Program-made: the position numbers and the translations under genes
Assembly: GCA_019058315.1 (NCBI GenBank)
Contig: JAHPZH010000007.1
Coordinates: 128,001-192,000 of the forward strand
Length of the DNA stretch: 64,000 bases
From: Candidatus Helarchaeota archaeon
Lineage (GTDB): Archaea; Asgardarchaeota; Lokiarchaeia; Helarchaeales; RDOG01
Reading direction: 5' to 3'
Notes under the pieces: generated by a model
The model's input: the letters and a program-made list of their open reading frames with translations, nothing else
The model's database searches: none
What the model was told of the DNA's origin: nothing
In this document: positions 20,923 through 30,944 of the stretch, one piece after another
Layout: every line of letters begins with the position of its first letter
Position numbering within the stretch: the stretch's first letter is position 1

Positions 20923-22182
20923 GTGACTTTGAAAATGGGTTCAAATAAAACTAAAGGAAAAAAGCAAATAACCTATGTTCCTGCAACAGAACTGAAAAGA
21001 ACTCAAGTTCAAATGAGACGATGGAGTTCTGGACATAGAACAATATTCTTTTTAATTTCTACAGTGCATGATATTGCAATCGGCATCTATACTTTCTTAT
21101 TTAACCATATTATTGATAAATTTCCATTCCCATTAAGAAAATTATTGTATAGGTTTTTATATAGGGTAAAAATCGGTAAGGGAACCTATATTGATAATGG
21201 TCTTTACAGTTGTTGGGATATAAGTCATATTTCGATTGGTAAGAACACATACATTGATAGAGATGTAACTCTATGGACTCCGATTCATGAAATAAAAATT
21301 GGTAATAATGTTAAAATTGGTCGCGAGGCTCAAGTTTACACAGTTCAACATAATCTTGATGATCCCGAATTCGATTATATCGGAAATTCTGTAATAATTC
21401 GCGACAATGCTGTTATTGGAGCTTATTCAATTATTTTTGCTGGAACGATAATAAAAGAGGGTCAAAAAATACCACCTAATACAATTGTTTTTTCAAGAAA
21501 TCCTAAATATACTATAGCTATGATGCAAAAAGGGTTGGAGAAGCAAGTAAAGGATGAGGATATTGATACCAGAACATATTTATGGAAAACAATGCAGGAA
21601 GAATTTGTAAAAAAGGAATCTCAGAAATATATTAATACAATGCTTTCTCGGATAATGGAATTCGGTAAATATAGTAAAAATGAAGTAAAACGACTAAAGA
21701 AAAAAATGAGAGGCTTCTTTTGGGGCAAAATTCCTTCGTTTACTGTTAGAATGTTCATATATAGACATATTTACAAGATGAAAATTGGCAAACTTACACA
21801 TATTCACGAGAATTTCTTCTGTATTAATCCCTCTAATATAAAGATTGATAAAACCACAATTATAGGAAATAATGTCTTCATGGATGGGAGACAAAAAATC
21901 GAAATTGGCACAAATTGTCAAGTAAATGGTGAAGTGATTCTCTTGACTGAAACAAAAGATAGAAAAGGTCCAATTAAAATTGAAGATTATGCTTGGGTAG
22001 CAGCTCGTTCTACCATTTTACCTGGAGTTACTATAGGAAAAGGTGCAGTAGTTTCTGGCGGCTCATTAGTTACTGAAGATGTGCCTCCATATAACATCGT
22101 GGGAGGATGTCCTGCTAAATCTATGAAAATAAGAAATAAAGATTTGCGATATACTTTATCTTTTAGAAGACTTTTAGCCTAA
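20923..22182 (+). CDS. Acyltransferase with two tandem left-handed beta-helix (hexapeptide) domains
   Basis: Two LbH blocks (KIGKGTYID...; KIGKLTHIH...VTIGKGAVV...VGGCPAK). Confidence 0.85.
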   Translation: MTLKMGSNKTKGKKQITYVPATELKRTQVQMRRWSSGHRTIFFLISTVHDIAIGIYTFLFNHIIDKFPFPLRKLLYRFLYRVKIGKGTYIDNGLYSCWDISHISIGKNTYIDRDVTLWTPIHEIKIGNNVKIGREAQVYTVQHNLDDPEFDYIGNSVIIRDNAVIGAYSIIFAGTIIKEGQKIPPNTIVFSRNPKYTIAMMQKGLEKQVKDEDIDTRTYLWKTMQEEFVKKESQKYINTMLSRIMEFGKYSKNEVKRLKKKMRGFFWGKIPSFTVRMFIYRHIYKMKIGKLTHIHENFFCINPSNIKIDKTTIIGNNVFMDGRQKIEIGTNCQVNGEVILLTETKDRKGPIKIEDYAWVAARSTILPGVTIGKGAVVSGGSLVTEDVPPYNIVGGCPAKSMKIRNKDLRYTLSFRRLLA

Positions 22183-22971
22183 TTTAAAAATAGGTGGCAT
22201 TTTTCTTTTATGTTCTGTTCTTTTAACTATATTTATAATTCTTTGAACCTCATCTAAAGACAATTTTAATTCGTTCGTAATTTCTTTTTCACTCATTTTC
22301 AACTCTAAATATCCATACAAGATCAGATCTAATACTCTATATTGAATGCCCAATTCTCCTTCGTCTGTTTGTCCTATCCATAAACCAGCTGATGGAGGTT
22401 TCTCTATAATCGCCTTAGGAATTTCAAGATATCTTGCTAATTCCCAGACCTGAGTCTTATATAAATCCCCAATTGGTTCAAAATCAACCCCTCCGTCTCC
22501 ATATTTCGTAAAATAACCGACATATAATTCTGCTTTATTACCTGTTCCGATTACTAATCTGTTTAAAAGATTTGCATGATAATATAGAATCTGCATGCGA
22601 ATTCTAGGTCTGAGGTTTCCTGCCACAAGTTTATTTTCAGGGTCAAAATGGCTACACATATTATTGAAGCTATTTATCATGGGTGTAATATTTATGGTTT
22701 CATAGTTAATTTCCAAGGATTTTGCTAGATTTTCTGCATCTTCCATATCTTTCGGATCTGATTTATTTTCTGGTAATAATAAACCTAAAACTGAGTCTGC
22801 TCCTAATGCTTCAACGCTTAATTTCGTTGTTAATGCAGAATCAATCCCTCCACTTATCCCTAAAACAACTCCATTACTTCTTGCGCCATTAACATAATTC
22901 TTAATAAATTCTATTATCTTTTTGGATGTAATTTCAAAATCAATCTTTAATCTTTCTCTAGTAAGATTCAT
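22174..22971 (-). CDS. nadE: NH3-dependent NAD+ synthetase
   Basis: SGGIDS, GTGNKAE, GYFTKYGDG, PSAGLW, HKR. Confidence 0.97.
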   Translation of the reverse strand: MNLTRERLKIDFEITSKKIIEFIKNYVNGARSNGVVLGISGGIDSALTTKLSVEALGADSVLGLLLPENKSDPKDMEDAENLAKSLEINYETINITPMINSFNNMCSHFDPENKLVAGNLRPRIRMQILYYHANLLNRLVIGTGNKAELYVGYFTKYGDGGVDFEPIGDLYKTQVWELARYLEIPKAIIEKPPSAGLWIGQTDEGELGIQYRVLDLILYGYLELKMSEKEITNELKLSLDEVQRIINIVKRTEHKRKMPPIFKLG

Positions 22972-22993
22972 AATCTACCCTACCAACAATCTA

Positions 22994-23704
22994 TTATAGG
23001 TCTATACTGAATTTCCTAAATCTATCTTGTTTTAAATTTATTGCATGTTCATATGAATAAATTATCTCCCCAAGCACTGTAACTGTTTCAAGAGATTCTG
23101 GATCGATCGATATCTGTATGTCAGCGGATTCTTCGGTCTCTTTAGTAAAAGAACCGTGAGGGAATCCACCAATTAGAGATATTATATGAAATGGTTTAGG
23201 TTTTTCTTCAAAAAAATTATTTAAATCGACAGGTTTTCCTTTTTCATAAAAAAGTATTACTTCATTAGGATTTAATTCACTGATTAAATCTTTCAATGTC
23301 AGATTTTCTAGAATCATTAATGGTTCTTTATCTGGGGGGACTTTATGTGTTTCAAAAAGTTGTTCTATAAGTCCCACAAATCTATTATAATTCTTTGGAA
23401 TTCTAATTGAGGGATTCAACTTAATGACTTTGTTTTGTCTTGTATGAACAAATATATTCAATAAACCTGATTTAAAAAGAGGGCTATTTATTGCCAATAA
23501 TAAAGAAACGTGCACAATGTCAGGCCGTCCCCTTTTTTCTCTTTCTGAGAGTTCTTTCATTATATTATGATGAAGCGAAGTATCTAGTAGTAAATTTTTT
23601 GGTTTTTTATTTCTTTTCTTGGCTAATTTTTTTACTGAAGAATATTTTGTTAACTCTAATGGAAGGGGTTCAAGTGCTGATTCGACTAAAATTATGGTTA
23701 GCAT
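22994..23704 (-). CDS. nep1: rRNA small subunit pseudouridine N1-methyltransferase Nep1
   Basis: RGRPDIVH, RIPKNYNRF.GL, IGGFPHG. Confidence 0.95.
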   Translation of the reverse strand: MLTIILVESALEPLPLELTKYSSVKKLAKKRNKKPKNLLLDTSLHHNIMKELSEREKRGRPDIVHVSLLLAINSPLFKSGLLNIFVHTRQNKVIKLNPSIRIPKNYNRFVGLIEQLFETHKVPPDKEPLMILENLTLKDLISELNPNEVILFYEKGKPVDLNNFFEEKPKPFHIISLIGGFPHGSFTKETEESADIQISIDPESLETVTVLGEIIYSYEHAINLKQDRFRKFSIDL

Positions 23705-23727
23705 TTCAAGTCTTTAATGTCCAATAA

Positions 23728-25446
23728 TTAAAAATCTAATGGATCAATATCTAAGCCGGGAAAATTAATCCAATTAGTTAGATTTTTCCTTTGATAAATA
23801 AATAACATATCATTTACTTGACCAAATCCTGGATATATAGCAATCAAGTTATATTCTGAATTAAGAACTTCAGTAATATTTTTACCAAAGAAAATTTCAA
23901 GATCAAATTTCTCGGTAAGGAACGTAAAGAAAGCCTGACCAAGAGTAAATAAAGCCATAGTAGTATAGTTTGACTTTAATTGATGGTATAGAATTTCTCC
24001 GTTTAATACATGATAATACAAACAGACACATGAAAATAATCCGAAGGGTTCATACCAATGGTGGTAAGAAAAATAAGACATTTCATTTCCTGGCATGAGA
24101 TTTCTATCAGATTGTGTTGTTAAAGCACATTCATAAGTTGCAATATAGCCCCAAGGCGGCGAAGCAATTCCAATGAAATCGGAAACTTCCTGATACTGTT
24201 TTATATCATTAATTAAAATTCGTTCAGAAAAGGGACGACCTGCACGAGGAATAACAAATTGATTAATTTGGGGAAGTGTTGTTAACGGTATTACACAAAT
24301 TAATCCTATAAAAATAAATTTCTGATAATTCTTTTGAAATAATTTAAAATTTGTAAAACGAAATCTGCCATATCTAAAAAATTTAATAAGACCTATAAAA
24401 ACTACTAGAATGGTTATAGGCAAGATCGAAGTAATATATTCAGCAAATAATGTAGCTAACATCATGTAAACACCTATCACTACTAACTGAGTGAGAAATA
24501 TGAGAAAAATTACTTCATAATTTCTAAAGATCGTTTTAATATCATTTTTTATTACTAAGGCAAAAAAGAGAAAAATTGGCAAGAATATTATAAAAATTGA
24601 GATTACTAAATATTGTAATAATGCATCAAAAATAAGAACTATTCTTCCAAAAATCCCTAAACCAATATTTAGAGTCAAATTTCTATTAGAATGAACTCCA
24701 ATTAGATTATAAAGGGATCTATTTAATGAACCACTTTCGAGAAAGTCAATTAAAAAGATTGGACCATAAATAATTATTAGTGTTATAGCCGAAATCATTA
24801 AATATTTTATTAAATTCTTTAATAGGTCCATTTTTGATGTTTTATTCCATTCCTTAATGGCTATCCAACAAGAGAGAAATATTGGGAGAGCTGCAATATT
24901 CAAACGTACTCCACCCGCTAACCCCATGAAAACAATTGAAATAGTATATTTCCAACTTTCTTTCATATCAGTTGAATATATATAAAGGCCTAGAACAATA
25001 AAAAAAAGCGTTAAAGTGTACGTTTTGGTAATTATTAAATTATATAAAATCCACCAAGCTATAGACATAGCTAAAACAGTATAAATGCCAGCCATTTCAA
25101 ATTCTACATTTTTTCCTATTTTAATTATGAGAAACGCTGTTATAAATAAAAATACAAATGTAATTATTCTACTATTTAGTAAATTATTGCCAAATATTAG
25201 TAAAGGTAGTCCATATACATATAATAAAACTGGGGACTGAGTAAAGAAAAAATCAACATAAGGAATAAATCCCTCCCAGACTAATTTCGCACAATATGTG
25301 TAAAAATTTTCATCTACGTTTACATGACTTGTAAAAAGGAGAAATAAGCTATTAAAAGCAAAAAAAATAAGAACATAAATAGAATATTGATTGGATTTTA
25401 TCTTTATACTTTCCTTAAAATCTGAAATTATATTTTTAATACTCAT
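23728..25446 (-). CDS. GT-C fold glycosyltransferase (ArnT/PMT-like, GT39/83)
   Basis: N-terminal DE motif (NVDENFY), PYVDFF...P, multiple TM segments. Confidence 0.8.
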   Translation of the reverse strand: MSIKNIISDFKESIKIKSNQYSIYVLIFFAFNSLFLLFTSHVNVDENFYTYCAKLVWEGFIPYVDFFFTQSPVLLYVYGLPLLIFGNNLLNSRIITFVFLFITAFLIIKIGKNVEFEMAGIYTVLAMSIAWWILYNLIITKTYTLTLFFIVLGLYIYSTDMKESWKYTISIVFMGLAGGVRLNIAALPIFLSCWIAIKEWNKTSKMDLLKNLIKYLMISAITLIIIYGPIFLIDFLESGSLNRSLYNLIGVHSNRNLTLNIGLGIFGRIVLIFDALLQYLVISIFIIFLPIFLFFALVIKNDIKTIFRNYEVIFLIFLTQLVVIGVYMMLATLFAEYITSILPITILVVFIGLIKFFRYGRFRFTNFKLFQKNYQKFIFIGLICVIPLTTLPQINQFVIPRAGRPFSERILINDIKQYQEVSDFIGIASPPWGYIATYECALTTQSDRNLMPGNEMSYFSYHHWYEPFGLFSCVCLYYHVLNGEILYHQLKSNYTTMALFTLGQAFFTFLTEKFDLEIFFGKNITEVLNSEYNLIAIYPGFGQVNDMLFIYQRKNLTNWINFPGLDIDPLDF

Positions 25447-25590
25447 ATTGAGTTATTCCATAAATCAAAGAGATAATTATTAAATTTTTTGACAAATAAT
25501 GTAATAAAATTACTTAAACCTATAAATTTTATTAATTATTCCAAATGTTTCTAAATATTAACAATATAATTATAGGACGCCGAAATAATT

Positions 25591-25935
25591 TTGAAAAGAA
25601 AAGGAACTATAAAGGAAATTAGCAAAAGAATCGCTAAAAATCGTATTTATATTCTGTTAAGGAATGCTGAAAGGGTATTTTTAAAAAATAGAAACTTAGC
25701 TCAAAGATATATAGATTTGGTCCGAAAATTAAGCAGAAAATACCGTGTAAAGATTCCATATGAATACAAAATGCGTATTTGTCGTCATTGCAAATCCTAT
25801 TTATGGCCTGGAGTTAATTGTAGAGTCCGGTTAAGAAAAGATAACAATCTTAAAATAACTGTTACATGTTTTGAATGTAATAAGCAAATGAGATTAATTT
25901 ATCCTAGAAGAATTATGAAGGGTTCTCATGACTAA
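25591..25935 (+). CDS. rnp4: Ribonuclease P protein component 4 (Rpp21)
   Basis: IA..RI..L...A, RY, CRHC...CFEC. Confidence 0.93.
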   Translation: MKRKGTIKEISKRIAKNRIYILLRNAERVFLKNRNLAQRYIDLVRKLSRKYRVKIPYEYKMRICRHCKSYLWPGVNCRVRLRKDNNLKITVTCFECNKQMRLIYPRRIMKGSHD

Positions 25936-26194
25936 ATCTGAAAAAATGAAAAAAATAATCATTAAGCTTTGGCAAGAACCTCCCATTTTAAATGTGGGCA
26001 AAAAAGGAGTAAATCAAAGCTTTATAGATGAATTTAAAAAACAAATTAAAATAAAGAAAGTCATTAAAGTAAAAATTTTAAAAAGTGCCTTGGATAATGA
26101 AAAAAAAGAAAAAATCATTTCTGATATTTCCAGCCAGGGAAATGCTAAATGTTTAGAAGTCCGAGGAAATCAGGCAATTTTTTCAAAAAAATAA
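25928..26194 (+). CDS. YhbY/CRM RNA-binding protein
   Basis: NVGKKG, VIKVKIL, RGN; typical rnp4 neighbour. Confidence 0.85.
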   Translation: MTKSEKMKKIIIKLWQEPPILNVGKKGVNQSFIDEFKKQIKIKKVIKVKILKSALDNEKKEKIISDISSQGNAKCLEVRGNQAIFSKK

Positions 26195-26214
26195 AAAGTT
26201 TTATGTGATTTAAT

Positions 26215-26871
26215 ATGAAAATTCTAAAACAAATTGGGTTTATTATAATTGCAATTGGACTTATTCTTGGTTTATATCAAGCTTATTTGTTAATTCTTAA
26301 TTATTTATACGACATTTTTGGAATTATTGAGCTAATTGGAACTATTCGTTTAGTTATACTTTTCGCAATGTTAATTGGATTCTTCATAATAATAATGGGT
26401 GGAGTAGTTGAAAATTATTTTACCAAAAAAAATGGTTTAGAATCTGTTGAAAATCCTACATCTGGCTCGACTAGGAAACGAATTTATATAATCGCTGCTA
26501 TAATCGGAGGTTTAATCATATTAGCTCTAACATTTTTAATTATATCATATTCAGGCTTTTATGTTCCACGAGAAATTAGATTATGGATCGATTTATTATC
26601 AATATTTGCAATTATTTGGTTTGCTACTTCACTACCATTATATGTGGATAAAATAAATAAAGACACATTAGAAATCCAACTATTTGGGCTTCATATACAT
26701 GAAACATTTCTGGGAATTATATTAATGGTAACAGGTTTCTTTTTTATTTTTCATCATATAATTGCATTCGATTTTGTTTTCGGAGCTTATTATTTGATTA
26801 TAGGTGCATTTTTAATGGGACGAGACATAGAAGATCTAAGACAATTTAAAATTATTGAACGTATTAAATAA
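26215..26871 (+). CDS. Hypothetical membrane protein
   Basis: About 6 TM segments; GLHIHE motif. Confidence 0.7.
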   Translation: MKILKQIGFIIIAIGLILGLYQAYLLILNYLYDIFGIIELIGTIRLVILFAMLIGFFIIIMGGVVENYFTKKNGLESVENPTSGSTRKRIYIIAAIIGGLIILALTFLIISYSGFYVPREIRLWIDLLSIFAIIWFATSLPLYVDKINKDTLEIQLFGLHIHETFLGIILMVTGFFFIFHHIIAFDFVFGAYYLIIGAFLMGRDIEDLRQFKIIERIK

Positions 26872-26887
26872 CAAAATTATTAATTTT

Positions 26888-27988
26888 TTAATTTTCAGAT
26901 CTATTTGAAAAATTTTTAGTAGAAATTCCCCTAGTTTCTAGCCAATTTTTTGTAGTTCCACTAATAATCAAGTTTGAATTCTTTAGATCGTTTAAATTCT
27001 TCGATTTAGTTAAAAACATGGCAATTTTAAGCTCTTTAATGAATTTTTCCATTAATTCTTTTAATTTATTATAATCATCTTCATATGCGGGTTTTAAGAA
27101 AGGAAGCGAAATTCCAACCAAATCTGCACCAATAGCAATAGCTTTTGCAATATCCAATCCATTTCGAACACCACCAGAAGAAATCAAATTAATACCAATT
27201 GTAGATGCCTCAATAGTGGCAACAGCAGTCGGAATTCCCCAATCCCAAAATGTTTTTGTAATTTCTGGTAAAGTTTTTACTTTATCTTTTGATCTATAAT
27301 ATTCCACAGCTGCCCAACTAGTTCCACCAACTCCACTGATATCAACTGCATCTATTTCAAGGTTTTTTAGTAACATTATTTCTTCTTTTGCTATCCCTGC
27401 TCCAGTTTCTTTAACTATTAATGGAATTTTTATATCTTTTTTGATTTTTTGGAGTCCATTTATAACTCCTTTATAAAATGGGTCTCCCTCACTCTGTAAA
27501 CATTCCTGTAATGCGTTCAAATGAATGGTAAATGCATTAGCTTGGATCATTTTAATTGCACGATTGATTTCAAACATACCATACTCATCTGAAATTTGAG
27601 GAGCACCAAGATTACCTATAATAAAAGCATCGGGAGCTGTCTCTCGTGCAATATTATAAGTATATTCCAAACTAGGATCTTTAATTGCGGCTCTTTGGCT
27701 TCCTAGAGCAAGACTAATGTTGAATTCTTTTGCAAGTTTGGCCAAATTTTTATTTATTTTTTTGCTAACTTCATGTCCTCCAGTCATTGCATTAATTAGA
27801 ATGGGACTATTAAATTGATGATTGAAAATATTTATTGAAGTATCAATTTCATTAAAATCAATTTCTGGAAGAGCTCGATGGATAAATTCAATATCTTGAA
27901 ACCCAGTTTTTTTATAATTTGCTTCTATATTCTCTTCTATACAAATTATGATATGTTCGAATTTACGATTTTCTATTTCTTCAGCCAT
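26888..27988 (-). CDS. fni: Type 2 isopentenyl-diphosphate delta-isomerase
   Basis: RKFEH, MTGG, GSQR, HLN.LQE, KETG.G, GGTSW, SGGVR. Confidence 0.97.
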   Translation of the reverse strand: MAEEIENRKFEHIIICIEENIEANYKKTGFQDIEFIHRALPEIDFNEIDTSINIFNHQFNSPILINAMTGGHEVSKKINKNLAKLAKEFNISLALGSQRAAIKDPSLEYTYNIARETAPDAFIIGNLGAPQISDEYGMFEINRAIKMIQANAFTIHLNALQECLQSEGDPFYKGVINGLQKIKKDIKIPLIVKETGAGIAKEEIMLLKNLEIDAVDISGVGGTSWAAVEYYRSKDKVKTLPEITKTFWDWGIPTAVATIEASTIGINLISSGGVRNGLDIAKAIAIGADLVGISLPFLKPAYEDDYNKLKELMEKFIKELKIAMFLTKSKNLNDLKNSNLIISGTTKNWLETRGISTKNFSNRSEN

Positions 27989-28000
27989 TTTTCATCTGTC

Positions 28001-29281
28001 CTAACTCTTTTTACCTCTTCCTAAACGTTCATGAGAAATTGATAAATGACCAGCAGATAATGCTGCACAAAGACTTATTTCACCGGCTAATGCGGTCGAT
28101 GTAATAATTTCTGCAAATTTTACTGCCATAGTACCAGGGGGTTTATCCTTATAAAAACCTGCACACCCTAAAATAGATAAACCTTCTTTTTGGGTGGGTA
28201 GATGAGTTCCTCCACCAGTAGTACCAATTTCTAATGATGGTAAAAGAAGGGACATATATAAATCATTATTTTCTAAAATTTCTGCAGTTAATATTCCCAT
28301 TGAGCTCTCTACTACTTGTGCTGGATCTTGTCCAGTAGCTAAAAAAATTGCTGCTATAATATTTGCTACATGAGCGTTAAGTCCATAGGCAGCCGCTTGT
28401 CCTGATCCGATATATATTTTTCGGAATACAACTTCAGCAATAGCTTCAGGTGTGGTCTTTAATGTCTCTTTAATATAAGATTTTGGTAAAACAACCTCAG
28501 CCTGTACTGTTTTACCCCTTCCTAAAATATAATTAAGTGCACTAGGTTTCTTATCAACACACATATTTCCTGAAGTTGCGATTAACTCACATTTAACAGG
28601 TCCTTTTTCTATAATGAAATCAGCTGCTTTTCTTGAACCCGTTGTTATCATATTCATTCCCATTGCATCTGCGGAAAATACTAAAAACCTTATAAATAAA
28701 CTTCTTCCTACTATCCAACTCTGGATATCCTTTAATATTGCGAAAGGATCGACATTTTTAAAAATTTCAGCAATTTTTTCAAAATGATCATTAATCCATT
28801 TAACCAAGATTTGACCATTTTCCGTGAATGGTGGTTCTATTATTTTAAAAACTGGAGCCCTTGCCATCATATTTTTTAAAACTTTTACATTACATCCCCC
28901 AGCATTCGTTATGATAGAACAACCTCTGTTTACAGATGCTACTAATGCACCTTCTGTCGTACATAGTGGGACATAATAATCACCTTTCGCAACTTCCCCA
29001 TTAACTTTTATAGGTCCTGCACACCCTATTGGTATAGAAGCACATCCAATCGGATTTTCTATGTTTCTGGAGGCAGTTAAATTCATATCTATTGAATAAT
29101 TCCCAATATTTTCTAATTTAATATGTTTAAGTTTTTCCAAAGCTTTTCTACGTAATGTTGTTGCTTTTTCAATGTCACCATCTACAAATTTTTCCACTTG
29201 ATATAATTTAATTTCACCAAGGACTATTTTTTCGATTATTTCTTGTTCATTCATTGGATGCAACTCAGAACTATAGATCAT
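28001..29281 (-). CDS. hmgA: HMG-CoA reductase (NADPH, class I)
   Basis: ENPIG, TTEGALVAS, DAMGMNM, DKK, GQDPAQ, GGGT, C-terminal His. Confidence 0.97.
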   Translation of the reverse strand: MIYSSELHPMNEQEIIEKIVLGEIKLYQVEKFVDGDIEKATTLRRKALEKLKHIKLENIGNYSIDMNLTASRNIENPIGCASIPIGCAGPIKVNGEVAKGDYYVPLCTTEGALVASVNRGCSIITNAGGCNVKVLKNMMARAPVFKIIEPPFTENGQILVKWINDHFEKIAEIFKNVDPFAILKDIQSWIVGRSLFIRFLVFSADAMGMNMITTGSRKAADFIIEKGPVKCELIATSGNMCVDKKPSALNYILGRGKTVQAEVVLPKSYIKETLKTTPEAIAEVVFRKIYIGSGQAAAYGLNAHVANIIAAIFLATGQDPAQVVESSMGILTAEILENNDLYMSLLLPSLEIGTTGGGTHLPTQKEGLSILGCAGFYKDKPPGTMAVKFAEIITSTALAGEISLCAALSAGHLSISHERLGRGKKS

Positions 29282-30930
29282 TTCAGCTTTATCATATCTT
29301 TTGCGAAATATCTTTTTATTAGAGAAATATATTTTTTCCCTGTTATTTCGTCCGGATTGTGTAATCTTTGAGAAAATGGATATATATTATTTAAATATTT
29401 CTTATATAGTTCTGTTACTTCGAAAATAGCACAACCTCCTCCAGCTCCGGAACCATACCAACCTGTCAAAATCTTGTCTCCTTCCATCAATTTAATAGTT
29501 GGGTTATCTGGATTTTCAAATCCAACTTTTTTTGCGGTTTCTTTATCAATCTTAATAGCATGTTCTGGTTCATTCACTATTTCAGCTAATCCGAACATTG
29601 TAGCTGCGGAATAAGTATTGCCCAGATAAATCACTGGTTTTCCAATAACACAAGGTTTCAATCCAGCTTCAATTCTACTTTTATCATCTAATTTATATTT
29701 CTGAACTTCTTTTTTCTCAAAATTATAATTGGGTTGATGAAAAGTGGCAGCAACTATTTCTTTAAGATCAATATTCATCATTTTTAAAGTCTTATTAATG
29801 GCTGCCTCTTGATATGCAAAATATGATGGGTTTCCAGTAAATGCATGACCATGAAATGGATAATTTTGATATTTACGACGAGCAAAATCTGGATGATCCC
29901 CTACATGTGTATTCATTGTTAAGTATTCTAAAATAACATTATATTTTGAAATAACCATACACACAGCTCCAGCTCCAGTATCTAAGTCTAAAGGATCGCC
30001 AGGAGATCCTTGAGCCACATCCGCCCCAATTAATAATGCAGTATCTATTTCTCCAGTTTTAATCATTGAAATGGCTGGCTTAATCTGCATTCCAGTTGCT
30101 ATACACGCAAATTCTGCATCATAAACAATAATGTTTTCGGGTGCACCTACGTAACTCATTACATTTGTAGCCGAGGGCTTTACCGAATATGGTTTGGATT
30201 CTGAGCCTACAACAATCATACCTATTGTCTCAACAATTTCAGGAGGTAATAATGAAAGTGCATCAGCAGCAGCATCCATGGCTAAAGTACTTGTATCTTG
30301 GTCCCAATTTGGAACGGTTACTTCTTTAACTCCCAAACCTTTTAAAATATAATTAGGATCGATATTCAAGTGTTTTGCCATATTTTGAGCAGTTGTTTTA
30401 TATCTAGGAATTGAAACTCCTATAGAAGCGATTCCGGGATTTTTACATTCAATTAGTTTATCTGTGAAAGGTATCTGTTTTTTTCTATTTATTGGTTTAG
30501 GTTTAAATTTAACCCCATAATATATTGCGCCATCTGGGTTATTATCTAATATTCGCATAGTTGGTTCTACTTCTTTACCGATCCATTCTTGAACAGAAAA
30601 TATTTTATTTGCTGGAATATCAATATCTGTTAGTTCAGTAGGAATTCTTACTTCAGATCCATCAAAATCTATCTTAATAATTCCCACTGCCTTATTTTTC
30701 ACCCATTCCAAACCGATTTGAGATTCTCTAGATATACTAATAGCATCAATAACTCCATCTTGTACTAGAGATACAGTATTTATTGTTCCACCTCTTCCAC
30801 ATTCAGGACAAATTTGTTTAATTTTAGAAGAAAAAAATATTTTGCCGCATTCTGAATGTTTATAACCTATTAATCTATGTCTAATATCCCTAGTTCTAGT
30901 ATAATAAGGTAAACCATAACGACTCATCAT
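29278..30930 (-). CDS. DUF35 (Zn-ribbon/OB-fold) - HMG-CoA synthase fusion
   Basis: N-terminal HSECG...CPECG and YGVKFKP (DUF35); then GSESKPY, EFAC, GAGA, FHQPN, GNTYSA, YGSGAG (HMGS). Confidence 0.9.
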   Translation of the reverse strand: MMSRYGLPYYTRTRDIRHRLIGYKHSECGKIFFSSKIKQICPECGRGGTINTVSLVQDGVIDAISISRESQIGLEWVKNKAVGIIKIDFDGSEVRIPTELTDIDIPANKIFSVQEWIGKEVEPTMRILDNNPDGAIYYGVKFKPKPINRKKQIPFTDKLIECKNPGIASIGVSIPRYKTTAQNMAKHLNIDPNYILKGLGVKEVTVPNWDQDTSTLAMDAAADALSLLPPEIVETIGMIVVGSESKPYSVKPSATNVMSYVGAPENIIVYDAEFACIATGMQIKPAISMIKTGEIDTALLIGADVAQGSPGDPLDLDTGAGAVCMVISKYNVILEYLTMNTHVGDHPDFARRKYQNYPFHGHAFTGNPSYFAYQEAAINKTLKMMNIDLKEIVAATFHQPNYNFEKKEVQKYKLDDKSRIEAGLKPCVIGKPVIYLGNTYSAATMFGLAEIVNEPEHAIKIDKETAKKVGFENPDNPTIKLMEGDKILTGWYGSGAGGGCAIFEVTELYKKYLNNIYPFSQRLHNPDEITGKKYISLIKRYFAKDMIKLK

Positions 30931-30944
30931 AATATCCCACCAAA

